From assembly GCA_963743635.1 (NCBI GenBank), contig CAVUQO010000003.1:448001-512000 (forward strand): 64,000 bases of DNA. The letters run 5' to 3'. The notes under the pieces were generated by a model. That model saw only the letters and a program-made list of their open reading frames with translations. It did no database searches and was not told the origin of the DNA. Positions 10,387-20,080 of the stretch are shown here, in pieces. Numbering within the stretch: position 1 is the stretch's first letter; every line of letters starts with the position of its first letter. Both the position numbers and the translations under genes were made by a program. The stretch is from Candidatus Babeliales bacterium (GTDB lineage: Bacteria > Babelota > Babeliae > Babelales > Vermiphilaceae).

Positions 10387-10779
10387 ATGAACTATAAAAC
10401 AATGTTGCTGTGCGCGGTAATTGGTGCATCGATGCAGAATGCATGGGGTATGGATGAACTACAAAAAAGAGCGGAAGAAGTACGAAAAAAAATAATTGAT
10501 TTGCGGACGAAGATCGTGAATGAGGAAATCACACAAAGAACGAGCGGGATGCTTAAGTTGGAAGGCTTGGTCAGACAGAACAGCACAATTATTTGTAATG
10601 AACCAGAATTCGCAACGATAAGGCCTAAGCTGGCCGCATTTCACAAGACTCTCAAAGAGTCTGATAGTGCGGATATAAATTATGAAATGGCTTCAACGGC
10701 AACAGCATTGGCAAACGAGTTTGAAGCTGCGTTGAAAGAATATCAAGAGAACAGGAACGTAACGAATAATAATAACTAA
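10387..10779 (+). CDS. Secreted protein, leader family A (copy 1)
   Basis: MNYKTMLLCAVIGASMQNAWG-MD; RBS aaagga. Confidence 0.85.
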   Translation: MNYKTMLLCAVIGASMQNAWGMDELQKRAEEVRKKIIDLRTKIVNEEITQRTSGMLKLEGLVRQNSTIICNEPEFATIRPKLAAFHKTLKESDSADINYEMASTATALANEFEAALKEYQENRNVTNNNN

Positions 10780-10789
10780 TGGGAGTACC

Positions 10790-11290
10790 ATGAACTATAA
10801 AACAATAATGATATGTGCAGTAATTGGTGCATTGATGCAGAATGCATGGGGGATGCAAGGTGGAAATCCACAATACATGCCGAGCGCGCCATTAATGAGT
10901 CCTTCGAATTCTATTCGCCCCAGCAATAATCCGCCGCCATATTCGAATAATAACGCAACGCTGCCAGCTGTAAATAACAATAATAATTCAGTATCAAGAC
11001 AAGAGGTCAGTGAAATTGCTCAATTACTTGCTGCGATTCAAACACTGAATCTGAATGTCGAAAATATGAACGAGCAGCTGAATGCTAGAATGGCCAAGAT
11101 GGAGAAAAAAATAGGCACAGTAGAAGAAAAAGTTGAAGGGATGACGAAATATTCGCAGTACATTAGTCTCTCCGATCTTAAAAAAAGCATTGAGGAGGTT
11201 AAGCACAAAGTTGATCATACTGAAAAAGTCGTTGATGGCGTGAAGTCGAAAGTAGACAATATTTGGTACAAAGTAGACAGAATCAAATAG
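10790..11290 (+). CDS. Secreted coiled-coil protein, leader family A (copy 2), with PSAP and PPPY motifs
   Basis: MNYKTIMICAVIGALMQNAWG-MQ; heptad-rich C-terminus. Confidence 0.85.
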   Translation: MNYKTIMICAVIGALMQNAWGMQGGNPQYMPSAPLMSPSNSIRPSNNPPPYSNNNATLPAVNNNNNSVSRQEVSEIAQLLAAIQTLNLNVENMNEQLNARMAKMEKKIGTVEEKVEGMTKYSQYISLSDLKKSIEEVKHKVDHTEKVVDGVKSKVDNIWYKVDRIK

Positions 11291-11370
11291 ACGTCGTCTT
11301 ACTTCTCAATATAAAATAAGAACATAACCATGCTGTCGTACGTGTGGCGGGTTTTTTGAAGGGAACAATC

Positions 11371-11766
11371 ATGAACTATAAAACAATAATGATATGTGCA
11401 GTAATTGGTACATCGATGCAATCTGCGTGGGCGATGGATGCGAATCAGAATGCGAACGATAACAACAAACCAGTCGAGATCAGTGAAATTGCTCAATTAG
11501 CAGCTGCGATGGCGGCAGCCTTTAAAGGTCTAGAGACTACTATTGTTGAAGATCTTAGGGAGATTCGGAAAGATCTTCGGGAAGTTCGGCAAGATCTAAA
11601 GACTACTATTGTTGAAGATGTTCGGGAGGTTCGGAAAGATCTTCGGGAAATTCGGCAAGATCTAAATACTATTAATGGGGGTAATCTGCAACTGCAGGAA
11701 GATCTAAAGGCTATTAATGCGCAACAGCAGAAGTTAATCGATGCGTTTGGAAAAAAGATAGAATAA
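11371..11766 (+). CDS. Secreted coiled-coil protein, leader family A (copy 3)
   Basis: MNYKTIMICAVIGTSMQSAWA-MD; 22-aa tandem repeat. Confidence 0.85.
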   Translation: MNYKTIMICAVIGTSMQSAWAMDANQNANDNNKPVEISEIAQLAAAMAAAFKGLETTIVEDLREIRKDLREVRQDLKTTIVEDVREVRKDLREIRQDLNTINGGNLQLQEDLKAINAQQQKLIDAFGKKIE

Positions 11767-11859
11767 AATTCGAAGAGAGAGTCATGGCGCTTCCGTTTAC
11801 GTTTAACAACTACCTCGGACTTCGTCGATACGTGCTTGCAGCACTACTCCCATGCTTCG

Positions 11860-11935
11860 CCATCCTTCGACAGGCTCAGGACGAGCGGATCCGTTCATGG
11901 TAGTCCTGAGCGAAAAGCGAAGGGTCGAACCACGC
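11860..11935. repeat. REP-like doublet
   Basis: ccttcgacaggctcaggacgagcgga followed by the inverted unit ccgttcatggt...gtcgaacca. Confidence 0.65.
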
Positions 11936-11970
11936 AGGGCAGGCAGGACTAAAGACCGAAAGGAAATATC

Positions 11971-12429
11971 GTGAACTATAAAACAATGATATTGTGGGCT
12001 TTGCTCGCAGGAACGATGCAAAATGCGTGGGGGATGCAAGGTGGAAACCCACAATACATGCCGAGCGCGCCATTAATGAGTCCTTCGAATTCTATTCGCC
12101 CCAGGAATAATCCGCTGCCATATTCGGATAATAATGCAATGCAGCCAGCTGTAAATAACAATAATAATGCAGTATCAGAACAAGTAATCAGTGAAATTGC
12201 CCGATTAACTGCTGCATTAGAAGCATTGAATACGAGAGTTGCGAATATGCATAGTCAGCTGAATGGTAGAATGACTTGTATGGAGCAACAAATTAAAGAT
12301 GTAACAAAATCGGTAGAAGAGTTGAAAGGCAGCCTTGATCGTATTGGAGAAGCAGTTGCTTACGTTAAGCACAACGTTGAGCGCGGAGAAGACAACGGCG
12401 CCAACATACGTTATCCAAGTCCCGAGTGA
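11971..12429 (+). CDS. Secreted coiled-coil protein, leader family A (copy 4)
   Basis: GTG start; leader family A; N-terminal mature region nearly identical to copy 2. Confidence 0.85.
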   Translation: MNYKTMILWALLAGTMQNAWGMQGGNPQYMPSAPLMSPSNSIRPRNNPLPYSDNNAMQPAVNNNNNAVSEQVISEIARLTAALEALNTRVANMHSQLNGRMTCMEQQIKDVTKSVEELKGSLDRIGEAVAYVKHNVERGEDNGANIRYPSPE

Positions 12430-12519
12430 GAAGTAGAAGGTTGCCCTTATTAGACATTAAGAAAATAATTGTGCCGGTCGTTCACAAGCGGCCGGTTTCT
12501 CGATAACAAAGGACGTAAG

Positions 12520-13074
12520 ATGAACTATAAAACAATAATGATGTGTGCAGTACTCGCGGGATCAATGCAAAGTGCATGGGGAATGGCAAATCTGCCCATG
12601 GAATCACAAAAAGGAGTCCAAGTTTTAGCCGGTGCATTAGACGCATGCGATAGGGAGTTTGGCGACTGGAGTAAAATTCCAGAATTTCAAGAACCATTGC
12701 GGAAATATGATATTTTTAAGCAAGGCGATTTTTCTCAGATGACGTCTGATCCGCATATTTATGCAAAAGATCTTGCACAGCAATTAGATGCTATGCGTGC
12801 CGCATATCGCTCAAAAGTAGATCGAGCATTGGTCGGTGCTAAACTTTTCACAGTCGTGAGGTTGAAATACAAGAGCGCAGGCATCGGATTTGAACAATCT
12901 CGAGAGTTTAGGGATGTCGCTTCCAACATTGCAAAGGTTGATGAGATACGATCTAGACTCATGAGCTTAGATCCGGTGGAGGTCATTGATCTTGGCATTG
13001 CAGCTGGTTATCTTGCGAAAGAAATGGACGCCGCGCTTAAGGTATATGAGATAAATAATAATAACAAAAAATAG
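12520..13074 (+). CDS. Secreted protein, leader family A (copy 5)
   Basis: MNYKTIMMCAVLAGSMQSAWG-MA. Confidence 0.85.
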   Translation: MNYKTIMMCAVLAGSMQSAWGMANLPMESQKGVQVLAGALDACDREFGDWSKIPEFQEPLRKYDIFKQGDFSQMTSDPHIYAKDLAQQLDAMRAAYRSKVDRALVGAKLFTVVRLKYKSAGIGFEQSREFRDVASNIAKVDEIRSRLMSLDPVEVIDLGIAAGYLAKEMDAALKVYEINNNNKK

Positions 13075-13105
13075 AGCGTTATAATGATTTAAAAAGGAGA
13101 ATGTT

Positions 13106-13528
13106 ATGACCTATAAAACAATCTTATTGTCCGTAGTAATTGGTGTATCAATGCAGAATGCGCATGCGATGGATGCGAATCAGCCGAATGGTAACGAGAC
13201 TTTAATCGCGAGACCAGCTGCAGATGAAAAGAGCATTACAGAAAAACACCATCTCGATTATCAAAAGGAACGGCTTGTATTTTGGAGCAACTCATTTTTG
13301 AGGGATGATCCGAAATTAAAAGAGATGTTTCAGGAAATTAATGGTGATGCCATTAAGACTTATATCGACAACATGCTGCAGGCAAAAAAGGATGCGGCTG
13401 ACAGTAGGGATAAGATATTAGAAAAAGAGCACCTTGAAAAAATCTATCTAGAGGAGCAGGGATTTAAGGATTACAGTACTGAACTTCAATCATCAACCTC
13501 TGCCTATCCAATCTTCAATTTGCGATAG
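13106..13528 (+). CDS. Secreted protein, leader family A (copy 6)
   Basis: MTYKTILLSVVIGVSMQNAHA-MD; RBS aaggag. Confidence 0.85.
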   Translation: MTYKTILLSVVIGVSMQNAHAMDANQPNGNETLIARPAADEKSITEKHHLDYQKERLVFWSNSFLRDDPKLKEMFQEINGDAIKTYIDNMLQAKKDAADSRDKILEKEHLEKIYLEEQGFKDYSTELQSSTSAYPIFNLR

Positions 13529-14222
13529 GCTCCTCTATATACTGGATCTTATTCTCATTAAGCCACTTTTTCCAACAAGGGGTGATTGGTTGTTTTGAGT
13601 GTAACACGAATGATTTTCCGTGACCGCTACGTTGAGAAAACTTTTGATATTTTTTGAGTTGTATCGCGATTTTGATTGCGTCTTCCTCTTTATAGAGTGC
13701 CCAATTAATATTCTTACATTCAATGAATTGTGATTCCGTCGCCAGATCAATAGAGCGCGTCGTTCTGCCTCGCTTAGAACTAAATTCATAGCCAAAATGA
13801 GTGATGGTTTCACCGTGCTGGTCGAGCTCAATCGCTTTTTCCAATTCGTACATGTGTCCTTGTATAAATGATTCGTTATCTGCGTTAGAAATCAATTCAT
13901 ATATTTTATGTGAAAAGCCAGGCGTTTTGCTAAAGCGCTCAATTGCCCCATAGAGCGTGTGAGAATGTTTGCAATACAATAAGGTTGGATTGTCATAATG
14001 ATATGCAGTTACAATGGTTGCTAATGTTTTAGCATGGGTTGTGGGATTTTCTTTGAATTCTTTGAGCAATGCATAGCGAGCGCTATTTGCTGCAATTTCA
14101 TGATTTGCAGTTGTGATGGCCAGCGCGAGTTCGATGAGTGTTTTGTGTCCCTGTAGCAGAGACGAGAAAGAACTGAGTAGAAAAATACACAGCGTTGTAT
14201 TACGTATACATATATGTTTCAT
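13515..14222 (-). CDS. Secreted protein with a putative PD-(D/E)xK (restriction endonuclease-fold) C-terminal domain
   Basis: Signal-like N-terminus; GHMYE...SIDL...FIECKN...IQLKKY. Confidence 0.55.
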   Translation of the reverse strand: MKHICIRNTTLCIFLLSSFSSLLQGHKTLIELALAITTANHEIAANSARYALLKEFKENPTTHAKTLATIVTAYHYDNPTLLYCKHSHTLYGAIERFSKTPGFSHKIYELISNADNESFIQGHMYELEKAIELDQHGETITHFGYEFSSKRGRTTRSIDLATESQFIECKNINWALYKEEDAIKIAIQLKKYQKFSQRSGHGKSFVLHSKQPITPCWKKWLNENKIQYIEEPIAN

Positions 14223-14320
14223 TAATGCCCCCTTGCACTATTCCATTACTACACATGCAATGTCACGAGTACTATAAGAGAGGCATTAGGAAAATGCAAT
14301 AATATTGCGTTAGGTTTGAG

Positions 14321-15049
14321 TTATTGCATGCGCAAAAACAAATTTTTCCAAAAAAGTTTTGCACTTCCCGGCATTGGGGGGGATAGTAGGGCGTCCTCAA
14401 AAATATGTACCATCTTTTGAGCGTGCTTGATTGCCTTGGGATTATTCTTATGCAATGCATCTTTAAGTGCATGCATCCAATAGGCAAAAAGATGATCAAC
14501 TAAATCAATGCTTTGCCGTTCCGTAATTAATGAACGATCAAGATCTTGTAAGAAATCGCGGGGATTATACGGTTTGATACCGTTAAAGTAACCCAAAAGA
14601 GGGTGTTCGTCAGGAATGTCATCATGTTTGTAGAATGAGGTGACGATGGCTCGTGAACGAATGGTTGGCAAAATGTCGTCTTGCCGTTCTGCAAGAAGCA
14701 GGAAATGATAACCCGTTGGGGGTTCCTCCATTACTTTAAGAAGGCTATTGGCGCATGCCGGAGTCAGTGCATCTGCATGTTCGATCACAAAGAAGAACTG
14801 TTCATCGGGCGATAATTGCAGTGAAATTGTTTCAAAGATCGGTTGCAGCTGGGGTAATGTATAATTTTTTTCAGGTGTCAGCCACATAATTGTATGATGC
14901 TGCTGCTGACGAATGTTTTGGCAATTCAGGCACGTACCGCAATTATTTTTTTTGCACAAGGTGCGTTGCAGAAATTCTTGTGCTCGTTCGAGGAGCTCTT
15001 GATGATAACCGAACCAAAGTTGCATGGGAGGAATGGGATGCTTGTTCAT
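14321..15049 (-). CDS. holB: DNA polymerase III delta-prime subunit
   Basis: CGTCLNC zinc motif, ANSLLKVMEEP, ILPTIRSR; follows tmk. Confidence 0.88.
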   Translation of the reverse strand: MNKHPIPPMQLWFGYHQELLERAQEFLQRTLCKKNNCGTCLNCQNIRQQQHHTIMWLTPEKNYTLPQLQPIFETISLQLSPDEQFFFVIEHADALTPACANSLLKVMEEPPTGYHFLLLAERQDDILPTIRSRAIVTSFYKHDDIPDEHPLLGYFNGIKPYNPRDFLQDLDRSLITERQSIDLVDHLFAYWMHALKDALHKNNPKAIKHAQKMVHIFEDALLSPPMPGSAKLFWKNLFLRMQ

Positions 15050-15052
15050 ATA

Positions 15053-15697
15053 CTACTGCTTAAAAAGAGGAGTGATTGCTTGGAGTGCTTTATTGGTTAG
15101 TTCTTCAACCGGAAGCATAGCATCGAGGGTGACGACTGTTTTGCGTTTGGCAAAGATTGCTTCAAAGCCTTTGACTAATCGTTCGCGAAAACAATCAACT
15201 TCCTGTTCAAAAGCGGTCAGTTGCTTTGAGCGTTGTTCAAGGCGCTTACGGGCCTGTTCGGGGCTTATTTTGAGATAAATCGTAAGATCTGGCTTGATGT
15301 CATCCATGGCCCAGCAATTGACCATTTCAATAAAATCAAGGTTAAGGCCGCGCCCATACCCTTGGTAAACCAGCGATGAATCGGCCATGCGATCTGAAAT
15401 GATGATTTTATGTTCCTGTAAATGAGGAATAATCACATCATGGATATGCTGTGCCCGATCTGCAGCAAAAAGGAGATATTCAGCTTTAGGGCAGAGCGGT
15501 ACGTGCCGCTCTTGCAGCATGGTCCGCAGATGTTTTCCCAGATCACTACCACCAGGTTCGCGGGTGAGAATAGTAGGGATATTTTTTTCCGTGAGGGCTG
15601 CATGTAATGCTTTGGCTAGAGTACTTTTCCCTGAACCATCGATGCCCTCCAGCGTAATGAGTAGACCGTTTGCTTTGGTATTCATGCGCTCTTTCAT
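15053..15697 (-). CDS. tmk: Thymidylate kinase
   Basis: EGIDGSGKST, TREPGG, LFAADRAQH, SDR..SS..YQG. Confidence 0.96.
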   Translation of the reverse strand: MKERMNTKANGLLITLEGIDGSGKSTLAKALHAALTEKNIPTILTREPGGSDLGKHLRTMLQERHVPLCPKAEYLLFAADRAQHIHDVIIPHLQEHKIIISDRMADSSLVYQGYGRGLNLDFIEMVNCWAMDDIKPDLTIYLKISPEQARKRLEQRSKQLTAFEQEVDCFRERLVKGFEAIFAKRKTVVTLDAMLPVEELTNKALQAITPLFKQ

Positions 15698-15805
15698 AGT
15701 AGGATTATGAGCTCTAATGGCTCAAACCGCTTGATTATTTCCTACACTAGTATACCTTAAGATAAACGAGATGTCCCCATCTTTTAGAGGTTGATATTAA
15801 AAAAT

Positions 15806-17365
15806 ATGCAGTATTTAGATTCACAAGCACGTCACGAAAAAGCGCTTTATGAACGGTATAGCCGTGAGTTAACCAAGGATGGTCAACTCATGTATATCGG
15901 TCGGTTGCTCGAACGAGCTAATCAAAAAAATCCTCACCGAACCGCGCTTATATGTCGCGATAAAACAATTACTTATCAAGAACTCTATCGCCGTGCATCG
16001 GCGTTCGGCGCTGTGCTCAAACAACATGGCGTTAAGCCGCGCGATCGCGTTCTTTTATTTTTTGAAAACTCAATAGAATTTTACATTGGTTATTTTGCAG
16101 TATTGCAAGTGGGTGCGGTAGTTGCACCGTTAAATACATTCCTTGGTGAACGTGAATTAACGCATATCATGACCGATGCGCAACCAACATTGATGATAGC
16201 AGAATATGCATTACTTGAACGCATCAAAAATAAGTCATCGAATATTCCGATACTCACCGAAAAAGATATGCTCATTGCGGGTGCGGATGAAGTAGCCAAT
16301 GATGATACCATTATTGAATGTAAGCCGGATGAACTCGCGGCATTGCTTTACACATCAGGAACCACCGGATTACCAAAAGGCGTTATGCTCAGTTCGCGTA
16401 ATATGATGAGCAATGTATTGCAAGGTCTTACTCGGTATGAACCGGGGACGCATGAAGTTGTTTTTGGCATATTGCCACTCTTTCACAGTTTTGCGCAAAA
16501 CACGTGTGTCTGGGCAAGCTTATTTAGAATGTATACCGTCATTTTAATACCGCACATTGATCGCCGTGCTATTTTAGAGGGACTAAAACATAAACCAACA
16601 CTCTTTTTGGGTGTGCCGGCATTATACGGCTTTTTGTGTCTGCTCAAAACGGCGCCACTTGATTCAGTGCGTTTATTTATTTCTGGTGGCGATGCATTAC
16701 CCGATAAAATTCGTGCCGGGTTTGCACTCATCTATCGTCGCAAAATTTGCAGCGGTTACGGATTAACCGAAACCAGTCCATTAGTGAGTGTTGATCTTGA
16801 CGATGAAACGGTACCAACGAGTAATGTGGGAAGACCATGTTATGGTGTTCACGTAGAAGTACGTGATGCTGAAGGTGTTAAAGTTCCGCAAGGCAAAATT
16901 GGGCAACTCTGGGTTTCTGGTGATAACGTTATGATGGGTTATTATAATGCGCCTGAGATGACTAACGAGGTACTTAAAGACGGTTGGTTTGCAACAGGGG
17001 ACTTGGGCTATTTAGATACCAAGGGCCGCATTGTGATTACCGGTCGTTCAAAAGATCTGATCATCAATAAAGGATTTAATATTTATCCGCAAGAAGTTGA
17101 AAACGTCATCATGGGTCATCCAAATGTAATTCGTGCTGCCGTCATTGGTATTCCAGATGAAGCTGGTGGTGAAATTGCGGTTGCATATGTTCAAGTCCGT
17201 GAAAAAAATGAAAATATGGATCGTGAACTCAAAGCATTATGCATGCGAGACCTTGCGCCATACAAAGTTCCGCGTACTTTTATCTGTGATACACGCGATT
17301 TACCGACCACCGCAACAGGCAAAGTAGATAAGAAAAAAATTAGGGCTGAACATAGTTCATTATAA
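15806..17365 (+). CDS. fadD: Long-chain fatty acid-CoA ligase
   Basis: YTSGTTGLPKG, GYGLTE, GWFATGD, GRSKDLI. Confidence 0.88.
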   Translation: MQYLDSQARHEKALYERYSRELTKDGQLMYIGRLLERANQKNPHRTALICRDKTITYQELYRRASAFGAVLKQHGVKPRDRVLLFFENSIEFYIGYFAVLQVGAVVAPLNTFLGERELTHIMTDAQPTLMIAEYALLERIKNKSSNIPILTEKDMLIAGADEVANDDTIIECKPDELAALLYTSGTTGLPKGVMLSSRNMMSNVLQGLTRYEPGTHEVVFGILPLFHSFAQNTCVWASLFRMYTVILIPHIDRRAILEGLKHKPTLFLGVPALYGFLCLLKTAPLDSVRLFISGGDALPDKIRAGFALIYRRKICSGYGLTETSPLVSVDLDDETVPTSNVGRPCYGVHVEVRDAEGVKVPQGKIGQLWVSGDNVMMGYYNAPEMTNEVLKDGWFATGDLGYLDTKGRIVITGRSKDLIINKGFNIYPQEVENVIMGHPNVIRAAVIGIPDEAGGEIAVAYVQVREKNENMDRELKALCMRDLAPYKVPRTFICDTRDLPTTATGKVDKKKIRAEHSSL

Positions 17366-17368
17366 GTT

Positions 17369-18502
17369 ATGAAAAAAGATAGTCCCACGCTCGTTCACCT
17401 TACCTCAAGCCTTAAAATCGGCAGTGCAGAAAGTGTTCTTTGTAGCATCATTGATCATCTCGATCCTGCGCAGTTTCATCATCATGTGATTTATTTTCAT
17501 GATGGGCCGTATAGCGAGCGCTTGCGCGCTAAAGGCATTACGCTGCATCAAGTAAAAGGTTTCTTCTTTTTATATGATCCAGTTTTTTGTGTACGATTGT
17601 ATCGCCTCATTAAAAAATTGCAGCCAAATTGCATTCACGCTCTCTTATGGGCAGGCAACATCTATGGCAGAATCATAGGGCGCATGCTCCATATTCCCGT
17701 AGTTTCCGCTATTCATAACACCATTGACCAAGAAGGTTCGGTTCGTACGTTCCTTGATCGATTTACCGCCTTATTTGCCCAAAAAATTGTAGTGGTATCT
17801 GATGAAGCAGCACATATTCTTCGTACGCGCAATAGTTGGATCCCTGCAGAACGCATTCAGGTGATTCGCAATGGGGTGAATGCGGATGAAGTGCGCGCGC
17901 GAGGTATGCAGTCTCAAAAGAGTCGCTATGATTTGGATCTTTCCGATGAACATTTCGTGATTGGCTCAGTTGGAAGGTTTGAGGCAATCAAGCGGTATGA
18001 TTTGTTGCTTGAAAGTTTTGCCTTGGTTAATAACAATTATCCGCTGACCAGACTCGTCCTTATTGGAATGGGGTCTCAAGAACAGTATTTACGTTCAAAG
18101 GCGCATAGTCTTGGAATAGAACAGTACGTTACCTTCATAATTGGAGAAAATGCCCAGTATTACTACTCAATATTTGATTGTTTTGTACAATCCTCAGACC
18201 GAGAAGGCATATCGATAGCGCTTCTGGAAGCAATGAGTTTTTCCCTACCTTGCATCGTCACCAACGTATCAAAGCAACATAGCGTCATAACCTCTGGTAT
18301 TGATGGCATCGTGGTTCCTGCGGGTAACATGCGCAATTTAGCCGACGCAATAACCCAGATAGTACTGGATGAAACCAAGCGAATTTCTTTGGGGTATAAT
18401 GCCCAACAAACGGTACGCGAACGATTCAGCCTGGATACCATGATTACTGCCTATCGGAATGTTTTTGTTGCCGCTTCGAGTCTCAAAAGTCTTGGTAAAT
18501 AG
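17369..18502 (+). CDS. Glycosyltransferase family 4
   Basis: GSAE, VGRF...KR and EGISIALLEAM (EX7E) motifs. Confidence 0.9.
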   Translation: MKKDSPTLVHLTSSLKIGSAESVLCSIIDHLDPAQFHHHVIYFHDGPYSERLRAKGITLHQVKGFFFLYDPVFCVRLYRLIKKLQPNCIHALLWAGNIYGRIIGRMLHIPVVSAIHNTIDQEGSVRTFLDRFTALFAQKIVVVSDEAAHILRTRNSWIPAERIQVIRNGVNADEVRARGMQSQKSRYDLDLSDEHFVIGSVGRFEAIKRYDLLLESFALVNNNYPLTRLVLIGMGSQEQYLRSKAHSLGIEQYVTFIIGENAQYYYSIFDCFVQSSDREGISIALLEAMSFSLPCIVTNVSKQHSVITSGIDGIVVPAGNMRNLADAITQIVLDETKRISLGYNAQQTVRERFSLDTMITAYRNVFVAASSLKSLGK

Positions 18503-18631
18503 GCTTTGCAATCAATACTTAGTTGCTTTTTAAAACACTTTGTGTAAAATCATTACTGAACTTTATTTCTGATAACCTCCATTTCCCCTATCTATGACGC
18601 TCTGTCTGGATGGGGGTTTCTTTTTATTCTA

Positions 18632-18845
18632 TTTCATAAAAACATCCCCCGTGAGCTCAGAGTATTGGTTGAAATAGAATAATCCGACCGTAGTTTGCCA
18701 AGCCGGAAGGCCTGGACAAACGTAGACGGATAAGTCCTATGCAAGTTTCATAAAAACATCCTCAGTCAGCCGATTTTTCGACTCTTTGCTCGCTCATGGT
18801 CTCCTCGACGTTGCTCCGGGATGAGCGGGTAGCGTATCGAACCAT
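18632..18845. repeat. Cluster of REP-like palindromes with a 16-bp direct repeat
   Basis: tttcataaaaacatcc at 18632 and 18746; hairpin atccgaccgtagtttgcc...caaacgtagacggat; ctccgggatgagcggg. Confidence 0.5.
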
Positions 18846-19006
18846 AATTCTGCACAAATTTTTCAAATTACCCCCCCAGCGCCCCCTCAAACCTCCTCAT
18901 TTTCATTCTATGTGAAAAATAATATTACCGTTATCATTGATATTGAATTTCTGTTTGTACTATAATGGAACTATGGCAAAACAAAGAATGAGGGGAAGGA
19001 AGGGCT

Positions 19007-19975
19007 ATGGTTTCGGGATTTAGGATTATAATTTTGGGCGTGTGCGGGCTAATTACCAGCGGCTGCTACGCCTTTATTTACGAAATTAAAGTGCTCAGAA
19101 AATGGAATGATGCAACGAATGGTTATCAATATTTTATAGGGTGTAGCGATTTTCATGATAAACGCCATGATGCTACGGAATCCCAACTTGAGGCAATTCA
19201 AGAACTTTTAAGGTCACTGCCACGGACGAAAACAAAGGTGATAGTCGAGGATTTAAGTACCGAAAATAATTGTGGCCGTCGCGTTTGTGGTCGCTTTTTT
19301 CTCAATTCTCGGGGGGGGATTTTGGGCGGTCTTGCTCAAAAGTGCCAGTCTTGCCGTTTGGAAGTGGATAATATTGAGTATCGGTATTGCCGCGTCATTG
19401 CCTTGGGGCCGCTGCTGCATAACTTAAAAGCTGATGTTTCAACTATTCCATCGCTCAAAGGCATTCGCATGCAGGATATTATGCAGGAAATGCAGGGAAC
19501 GGTTGATGAAATCACAAAATATAATGATGGTGAGGTGCTCACCGCATGGTATCGCAAGATGCTCAAGGAGTTTACTCCTCAACTGCAGCAGATGCAGTTG
19601 CAGCGGCAAGGGATTGATACAATGGCCGATTATATAGCCAAGTATACTACGCTGGAAACTCGTCTTAAAAAACTCAAATATTTGCTGACGTTTGACAGCG
19701 CGCTTCTTGATGCACTGTTGATGCATAGCGTGCAGGCTGCTGCGAGCAAGGAACGTATAGTTGCCTTCGCGGGCGGAACGCACATAGCGCGTGTTGTTGA
19801 AATGCTGAAAAAAATGGGATATCAAGAAATATACGGTACGGAATCACGATATTTTCGTGAACATGACTTAGATAAATGTCTCGGGTCTCATATTACCGAT
19901 GGTAACTTTTGTGTACGTCCGCATGCAGTGAAGAACGAGGTTTTTAAAAGAATAGCTAATCCAGAAGCTCTTTGA
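19007..19975 (+). CDS. Secreted hypothetical protein
   Basis: 322-aa ORF with signal peptide (GCYA) and strong RBS. Confidence 0.75.
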   Translation: MVSGFRIIILGVCGLITSGCYAFIYEIKVLRKWNDATNGYQYFIGCSDFHDKRHDATESQLEAIQELLRSLPRTKTKVIVEDLSTENNCGRRVCGRFFLNSRGGILGGLAQKCQSCRLEVDNIEYRYCRVIALGPLLHNLKADVSTIPSLKGIRMQDIMQEMQGTVDEITKYNDGEVLTAWYRKMLKEFTPQLQQMQLQRQGIDTMADYIAKYTTLETRLKKLKYLLTFDSALLDALLMHSVQAAASKERIVAFAGGTHIARVVEMLKKMGYQEIYGTESRYFREHDLDKCLGSHITDGNFCVRPHAVKNEVFKRIANPEAL

Positions 19976-20080
19976 TTGATTTATTTCTATTGTGAAACAC
20001 GATGTGCTATACTTAGCATACATATTTTCATTATCGAAAAGGTTAAGCTCTCCAAGAGCTGTTTAAAGTGGATTATTCAT

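Noticed and set aside
10387..13528. RiPP precursor array (conserved leader, variable core)
   Set aside because: Leaders look like Sec signals, cargoes are 110-165 aa, and no modifying enzymes or peptidase transporter are nearby
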